From an uncultured Clostridia bacterium (lineage in GTDB: Bacteria > Bacillota > Clostridia > TANB77 > CAG-508), in NCBI GenBank assembly GCA_948676835.1, contig CAPOZU010000001.1, positions 193,250 through 257,249 of the forward strand: a DNA stretch of 64,000 nt, written 5' to 3'. The notes beneath the pieces were generated by a model. That model had not been told where the DNA came from. It saw nothing but the letters and a program-made list of their open reading frames with translations, and did not search any database. A program made the position numbers and the translations under genes. Position 1 is the stretch's first letter. Each line of letters starts with the position of its first letter. Positions 58,226-64,000 of this stretch are shown here, one piece after another.

Positions 58226-58254
58226 ATTTAAGTGGTTGTATAGCCAATAGTCAA
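58226..58254 (-). promoter_or_regulatory. promoter/operator of Cro-like switch 4 (TTGACT-17-TTAAAT; operator TGGTTGTATAGCCA)
   Basis: Reverse complement of 58226-58254. It points leftward into the end of paralog 3, suggesting a tandem-duplication relic. Confidence 0.45.
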
Positions 58255-58299
58255 GCAACATACACTAATTATATAATCAAATCAAATTGAGGTAATTAT

Positions 58300-58536
58300 A
58301 TGAAAAAAATGAGAATAGAAAATGGCTATTATCTTCTCAAACTAGAAGATTTAATAAAAGAAAATGATATAAGTATTAATAAAGTTATTCGAGATACGAA
58401 TACAGACTTCAAAGTATTAAAAAGAATAATGACAGGAGAATTAGTTAGAATTGATATATTTGTAATAGCAAGATTATGTGATTATTTTAATTGTTCTATG
58501 AGAGATATAATTGAATATGTACCAAATAAAAAGTAG
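58300..58536 (+). CDS. small Cro/CI-type HTH regulator (paralog 4)
   Basis: 78 aa, 85% identical to paralog 3. Confidence 0.65.
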   Translation: MKKMRIENGYYLLKLEDLIKENDISINKVIRDTNTDFKVLKRIMTGELVRIDIFVIARLCDYFNCSMRDIIEYVPNKK

Positions 58537-58582
58537 TATAAATTATAAAAAATAATTATACTACTTTTTATTTATTCATATA

Positions 58583-58948
58583 CTAGTTACTTATCAAATA
58601 ACATATTAAATCTTCTATAAAATTTTTTGAAGATTTATATTTTTCATCATATTCAAAATTAAAAATGCTTGAATAATTATCTTCATATTTTTTTGAAGAA
58701 TTATAAATACAGTCATTAACTGCCTGCTTAACAGAAGCCATACTTTTTGTATATTTTTTTGCAATAGCTGTATAATATGAATTTAAGTTCAAAATTTCTG
58801 ATTCTTTTTTAATTTCACTTAAAACAATAATTCTTATATAATTTGCTCCATTAGTTTTATAGGAGATACCTAGAGTTTTCAAGATATTAAAAATAATAGA
58901 ATTATATTTATTTAATTTTTTATCTTTATATTGATTATATAATTCCAT
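58583..58948 (-). CDS. Spo0A C-terminal-domain-like small protein
   Basis: 121 aa with a pattern resembling the Spo0A_C DNA-binding domain (GISYKTNGANYIRIIV...KKYTKSMASVKQAVNDCI). Confidence 0.45.
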   Translation of the reverse strand: MELYNQYKDKKLNKYNSIIFNILKTLGISYKTNGANYIRIIVLSEIKKESEILNLNSYYTAIAKKYTKSMASVKQAVNDCIYNSSKKYEDNYSSIFNFEYDEKYKSSKNFIEDLICYLISN

Positions 58949-59716
58949 TATTAACCTCCTTAAATATGTATTTTAAGATATATATTATAAGTGATTACAA
59001 TAATAGTATATAAAAATTATGTTAACATATCAAATTTAAAATTGTGAACTTTTACACATTTATGTGAGTTATTTACACAAAATCAAATAAACTTCATTGT
59101 TTATAACATAAATTAATAGAATAATTTCTCAAATTTAAAATATTTTTTTAAAAATGTGAAAATTTTACACAAAAGAATAAGCCATAGGAGCAGATGAACA
59201 ACCCTATGGCTTTAACATATAAATCTTAATCTTTATATGTTGTATAAGTTAAACTGTGCAAGCAATTTAACTTATATATGTATTATACTATAAATTTATA
59301 ATTATTTCAAATATTATAAAATGATAAAGGGGGAAATTACTTCCCCCAAAAGTCCAGAACAGTTTTAATCTGGAAATCCTTTTTCCACTTGTGGTTTCAT
59401 CTGCTTTAATTCCTTTATATAAATTCAAACAAAAATAAGTCATATATTATACGGAAACCAACAGATAATAGGATTTCGTATAAACAACCCAGCTCTTGCA
59501 CGCTGGTGATTGTAATGACCATCAGCGTTGCTGAAGTAATGGATTGTTTAATTAAGATAACTACCATTCTAATATTTATTTGTAAATATATTATAGCATA
59601 TTTTTGAACACAAATCAATTTTTGCTAATAATATCAATGCTTTCAAGTTTTATAAATTTGATTAAAATGTAAAAAAATGGTATAATTAAATTATGAATTT
59701 ATAAAGGAGATAGCCT

Positions 59717-60424
59717 ATGTATAAATTTGATAAATATGATTTTGGAAAAAAGCTAAAAACTTTTAGAAAAAGTCAAGGACTAACCCAAAATGAATTTGCA
59801 GATAAACTAGGAATTGAAAGAAGTAATATTAGTAGATATGAAAATGGAGATACATTGCCTAGTATAGAAATATTTTTAGAAATATGTAATATATTAAATA
59901 CTGATATTGAAAATTTTGTTAAATATATTGATGAAGAAAAAGAAAATAATATTGAAAATCCCTTCTATTGTGATACTGTATATGTTTATTATATTAGCAG
60001 TAGTAACCGAAGCAGAAAAGCAAAGTTTCGCTTTGATATAGTTCAAAAGAAAGATAAATTAGAAGTTCAATGGGTAGGTTGTACAAATAATACAATATAT
60101 ATGACAGGCGAGTTAATTGCTAATGATGATGTTGCATTTTTCTTATTTGAAAATTATGAACCTAATAATCCTCAATTAGAAAGAACTGAAATAATAATAA
60201 ATTTAAGATATAGTGCTGACGGTATTTATATGGGAACACTAAACGGAAATGCAGATGGCTATAAACAAGTAACTAAAAAAATAATGTTATCTAAAAAAGA
60301 TTTAGAATTTACAGAAGAAATGTTAGAAAGATTAAAAATTTCTAATAAAGAATATGAAAATATGAAAAAAGACTGGTGTTGGTATGTAGATACTAGAAAT
60401 AAAACAGACTTTTTCAATGAATAA
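59717..60424 (+). CDS. XRE-family HTH regulator (element 2)
   Basis: HTH QGLTQNEFADKLGIERSNISRYE. Homolog of 31405-32112. Confidence 0.65.
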   Translation: MYKFDKYDFGKKLKTFRKSQGLTQNEFADKLGIERSNISRYENGDTLPSIEIFLEICNILNTDIENFVKYIDEEKENNIENPFYCDTVYVYYISSSNRSRKAKFRFDIVQKKDKLEVQWVGCTNNTIYMTGELIANDDVAFFLFENYEPNNPQLERTEIIINLRYSADGIYMGTLNGNADGYKQVTKKIMLSKKDLEFTEEMLERLKISNKEYENMKKDWCWYVDTRNKTDFFNE

Positions 60425-60728
60425 AAATAAACATTCTATCTGCTAGATGTATTTAAGAGAGTAAAGCTAAAATATAAGCTTTATTCTCTTTTTTTGTGAT
60501 TATAAAGATATTGTTTTTGTTGCTAGAGTAAGAAAAACTCAGAAAATCCTTACTTTTCCTATATATTCCTATTTTATACTATTATTTTTACATTGAGAGT
60601 TTTGAAAAGTGTATCATTAAATCAAGCTTAAGCTACAAATGATTTCTAGAAATTTTCTTAGCCGTTTTTGCGTTAGCAAATTACGGATAAGTTATGCATA
60701 TGCACAAATATTTTAAGGAGTACGAGAA

Positions 60729-61139
60729 ATGAAATATTTTGAATATGAAACAGGACAAAAGAAAAATATTAATTTTGATGAAATTAGTTTAAATGATTAT
60801 AACACTCAAAAATTATTAAATAATCAAAGTTATCAAAATTATTTAAGAGAATTTTCAAATAATACAAATGAAAAATTAAAATATAAAAAACGATTAGAAG
60901 AAATATTTAAGAATGAAATTTATTATTCTGCATTAAAGAAATTACCATTACAAGAAAAAAGAATTTTCTATCTATCTTTATTTAAAAGATTACAATTAGA
61001 TGAAATCTGTAAAATAGAGAAATTATCAAAAAAAGAAGTAATCAGAATTAAAGAAATCTCTATTGAACACTTTATAAAAAATGTTCAGCTACTTGAGAAA
61101 CAATATTTTAATAAGCAAACAGGTGAAGAAAATGAATAA
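60729..61139 (+). CDS. sigma-70 region 4-like small protein (Orf7-like)
   Basis: Paralog of 30824-31201. Confidence 0.45.
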   Translation: MKYFEYETGQKKNINFDEISLNDYNTQKLLNNQSYQNYLREFSNNTNEKLKYKKRLEEIFKNEIYYSALKKLPLQEKRIFYLSLFKRLQLDEICKIEKLSKKEVIRIKEISIEHFIKNVQLLEKQYFNKQTGEENE

Positions 61140-61608
61140 TAGCGAAAATATAATCGTTGTCTATAAGGAAGTTGGAAAAAAGCCTGTATTAAAGAAAATT
61201 AAAAATAATGTTGAAACTTTTGAACTTATACTTGGTGGAAAAATAGAAATATTGCAATATGAAGATATACAAGTTATATGCAAAAAAGATAGAGATAAAT
61301 TACTTCCTAACGTATATCTAAATATTAACTTTAACAAATTAAATACATCTATAAGAGGAAATTTCATTATTGTCAGTATGCATAATAATACTTTTAAATC
61401 ATTAACTAAAAATCAAGCTATTAAATATGGAAAACTTCTTGTAATGGAAAGTTTTAACTATGAAAAGATTAATACAAAATATAAATATTTAAACAGTAGC
61501 AATAAGTTTGCAAATGAAAATAAAACAATAAATTCTGACAAAACATTGAATTTAATTTTAGATATACAACGAGATATTTTAAAATTTATAAGAAATATAA
61601 ATGCTTAA
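61081..61608 (+). CDS. DUF3846 domain protein
   Basis: VVYKEVGKKPVLKKI...LGGKIEI...VICKKD pattern. Homologous to the C-terminus of 29389-30831. Confidence 0.5.
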   Translation: MFSYLRNNILISKQVKKMNNSENIIVVYKEVGKKPVLKKIKNNVETFELILGGKIEILQYEDIQVICKKDRDKLLPNVYLNINFNKLNTSIRGNFIIVSMHNNTFKSLTKNQAIKYGKLLVMESFNYEKINTKYKYLNSSNKFANENKTINSDKTLNLILDIQRDILKFIRNINA

Positions 61609-61761
61609 AATGTTTGCTTAAGGAAAAGTTTGAAAAACCATTAATGGTGTTTCAATATGTTTGAGCTTATAGATCCATTTTCTATAAAAGCTCAAACACA
61701 AACAAAATTATTATTTATCACTTTCTATAAAGACTGATATTAAATAATAATTTTAAGGGGT

Positions 61762-61813
61762 TATTAGGGTACTCCCTAATCGCACAGAAACTCTATGAGT
61801 TTCTAGTGTGTTA
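61762..61813 (+). promoter_or_regulatory. oriT of element 2 with pMV158-like nic sequence TAGTGTG/TTA
   Basis: ATTAGGGTACTCCCTAAT IR, AGAAACTC tat GAGTTTCT IR, then TAGTGTGTTAG. Lies 110 bp upstream of the mob gene. Confidence 0.65.
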
Positions 61814-61926
61814 GAAACTGAAATTAGTTTTTCGTATTTTCTGTATAAAATTATAGTTATTATTTAAGAAAAACTGCGAAGTGAGGCTTTATAGAAAGTG
61901 AAATATATTATTAAGAAAGGTTAAAT

Positions 61927-62928
61927 ATGAGTTTTGCAATTATACGAAATAGTAATTACAAGAAAGATAATTTAGCAGGACTATATAAACATAATGAACG
62001 TAAAAATACAAATTATTCAAATAAAAATATTGATAGGTCAAAATTTAATCTTAATTATTCTTTAAAAAAGTGTAATACAACATATTATAACGCTTTTAAA
62101 AACTTGCAAAATCAATATGATTTAAAAGGAAGAATAATAAGTACGACAAACATTTTTTGTGAATATGTAATAACTTCTGATAAAGAATTTTTTGAAAAAA
62201 TCGGAAAAGATGAAACTTTAAGATATTTTAAAACTGCATATAAATTTGTAGCAAACTATCAAAATTTAGGCGAAGAATTTATAGTTTCTGCTAAAGTACA
62301 TATGGATGAGGCTTGTCCTCATATGCACATAGTATTTGTGCCAGTTGTACACAAATTAGATACAAAAAGTGGAAAACAAATAAGTAAAATTGCTTGTTCT
62401 GAATATTGGAAAGGTAAAGACAGTTATAAACGATTACAAGATAATTTTCATAGTTATATGACAAAATCGGGGTTCAATTTGGAAAGAGGCTTAAATGGTA
62501 ATACTCATATTGAAACAGATAAACTAAAACAATTAACAAACTATGAAGTACAAAAATACGAAATGAAGTCAATAAATTTAGAACAAGAAAAAGAAATAAT
62601 TGATACAGAAGAATTAAAAGAGGAATACAAAAGAATAATAAAAAAATTTAATACACTAGCAAAACAATATACAAAAATAAAAAGTTTAACAGATACTACT
62701 ACTCAAAAATACCAAGAAATGCAAATTGAATATCATAATATAAAAACTGAAAATATAAAGTTAAAACAAGAAAATAAAGGACTTAAAAATTATATACAAA
62801 AAAGCATTGAATGGGTATCAGTTGTATTAAATTGGTCTTTTGAAAGAGTAAATAAATTAATAAATGATTATATTGAAAGGAACGAAGAAAATGAACGAGA
62901 TTATAAATGTAGAACACACAGAAGATAA
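61927..62928 (+). CDS. mob: MobV-family (Mob/Pre) relaxase
   Basis: KVHMDEACPHMHIVFVPV motif. Confidence 0.75.
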   Translation: MSFAIIRNSNYKKDNLAGLYKHNERKNTNYSNKNIDRSKFNLNYSLKKCNTTYYNAFKNLQNQYDLKGRIISTTNIFCEYVITSDKEFFEKIGKDETLRYFKTAYKFVANYQNLGEEFIVSAKVHMDEACPHMHIVFVPVVHKLDTKSGKQISKIACSEYWKGKDSYKRLQDNFHSYMTKSGFNLERGLNGNTHIETDKLKQLTNYEVQKYEMKSINLEQEKEIIDTEELKEEYKRIIKKFNTLAKQYTKIKSLTDTTTQKYQEMQIEYHNIKTENIKLKQENKGLKNYIQKSIEWVSVVLNWSFERVNKLINDYIERNEENERDYKCRTHRR

Positions 62929-63172
62929 AACATTATCAATAGAAGAAATGCTAATAAAAGAAGCGATTAAAAATATTGGAAATCCTTTTAAAAATTTAAC
63001 AGTAAAAGACGTAATGAAAGATTTATTAGTTAGTGAAGCTACGGCAAATATGATTTTTAAAAGAAATGATTTTCCGTCTGTAAATATAGGTAAAACAAAG
63101 ACAGTTACAATGCTTGCTTATTTAATGTGGAAGATGAAACGAAAAGAAAGTGAGGTAAATAAAGATGTCTAA
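62891..63172 (+). CDS. xis: excisionase-like/HTH protein
   Basis: Start refined to ATG 62891 after GAAAGGA RBS. Paralog of 28999-29268. Confidence 0.5.
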   Translation: MNEIINVEHTEDKTLSIEEMLIKEAIKNIGNPFKNLTVKDVMKDLLVSEATANMIFKRNDFPSVNIGKTKTVTMLAYLMWKMKRKESEVNKDV

Positions 63173-64000
63173 TAAAAATGAAGGTTTTGTATGTTACAGA
63201 GCTGATAGAAAAACATATTGTGCACGTTATCCAGAGCTTAACCCTGTTACTAATAAAACTATAATGAAAAGTAAAAGTTTTAAAACAAAAGAAGAAGCTC
63301 AAAAATATTTAGATACAATTATGTATCAAAAAGATAATTCATTATATATTGAACACCATGGCATACCTCTTTGTGAATTTATGAAATCTAATTTAAAATT
63401 AAAGCTAGACACAAATCAAATTACTCCTACTACATATTATAGAGTTTTACAAGTTATTAAACAAATACAAACATTTCCTATTGGAATAAAAAATATAGAT
63501 GAAATAACAGACGAAGAGCTTCAAGAATATTTAAATTATCATAAAAATTTAAGTAATTCTACTATAACAAAGCTTTATCAACAATTAAATTCAACTTTTA
63601 AAATTGCTATAAATAAAGGCTATTTAATGCGAAATCCAATGATTAATGTTTTAAAACCTAAAAGCAATAAACAAGATAAAGAAGTTAGGGCATTAACAGT
63701 AGAAGAACAACAATTACTTACAGATTATCTTATGAGTAAAGATATATCAAATTGTAAATATAAAAATGTATATCTAATTCAAATGTATATGGGATTAAGA
63801 ATTGGAGAAGTTCTTGCATTAAAAACATCTGATATAGATTTACAAAATAAAAGAATTAGTGTGAAGAAAACATTAACAAGAGATGAAATAGGAAACATTA
63901 TAATGGGAAACACAACAAAAACTTATGCTGGAAGAAGAACACTCCCTATTCCTGAATATCTATATAGCTCTATTATAGAACAAATGAAAATAGCTGAAAA
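63165..64000 (+). CDS. int: tyrosine-type integrase, C-terminus beyond window
   Basis: GAGGT RBS. N-terminal arm-binding domain and LYMGLRIGEVLAL box I, homologous to int1. Confidence 0.8.
   Translation, partial: MSNKNEGFVCYRADRKTYCARYPELNPVTNKTIMKSKSFKTKEEAQKYLDTIMYQKDNSLYIEHHGIPLCEFMKSNLKLKLDTNQITPTTYYRVLQVIKQIQTFPIGIKNIDEITDEELQEYLNYHKNLSNSTITKLYQQLNSTFKIAINKGYLMRNPMINVLKPKSNKQDKEVRALTVEEQQLLTDYLMSKDISNCKYKNVYLIQMYMGLRIGEVLALKTSDIDLQNKRISVKKTLTRDEIGNIIMGNTTKTYAGRRTLPIPEYLYSSIIEQMKIAE

Noticed and set aside
56173-58536. Possible CRISPR-like array, because of near-identical repeated units of about 240 bp
   Set aside because: The repeats are whole protein-coding paralogs (Cro-like HTH genes with promoters). 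They are not short direct repeats with unique spacers, and no cas genes are present.
59415-59618. 67-aa minus-strand ORF
   Set aside because: It lies inside the structured non-coding leader of element 2, with no RBS and hydrophobic low-complexity translation.

Overview
This is an AT-rich (~25-28% GC) low-GC Firmicute, Clostridia-like chromosomal segment with no CRISPR array and no rRNA. Positions 1-25.5 kb are core and stress genes, almost all on the minus strand. They include a redox-stress operon (MerR, AhpD-like CMD protein, aldo/keto reductase with an Fe-S domain, ECF S component, DUF1893, flavodoxin, flavin reductase), a BceRS/BceAB-like peptide-antibiotic module whose response regulator is frameshifted, xth, tcdA, a sortase, two ECF sigma/anti-sigma modules (one with an ABC exporter), asnS and two GNAT genes. 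A tRNA-Pro(UGG) at 25868-25943 is an integration hotspot. From 25944 to 44290 lies an array of integrative mobilizable elements, bounded by repeats of the tRNA 3' end. It carries three tandem tyrosine-integrase modules (one truncated), an excisionase-like gene, a RadC/JAB-DUF3846 fusion, a sigma-70 region-4-like protein, an XRE regulator, a Cro/CI-like switch driving a cassette of six small membrane or secreted proteins, a MobV relaxase with its oriT, a 453-aa protein with a HEPN-like motif, and a RelE/ParE TA pair. Immediately right of attR is a compositionally foreign block (about 40-50% GC, 44826-49765) encoding a 900-aa DEAH/HrpA-like helicase and an unusual Clp-N + ClpA/B-D1 AAA + FtsH-like M41 protease fusion, plus a GC-rich gene remnant. 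This block is the best candidate for an undescribed system. The rest is backbone (NUDIX, YgjP/M48, HU, GH78 rhamnosidase), then a sigma/anti-sigma fusion, three more paralogous Cro-like switches, and a second, inverted, related mobilizable element (XRE, sigma-like, DUF3846, oriT, MobV, Xis, Int) that runs off the right edge. Recurrent non-coding structure includes six copies of a 29-bp palindrome arranged as site-terminator-site units between operons, and a nested inverted-repeat element about 180 bp long.
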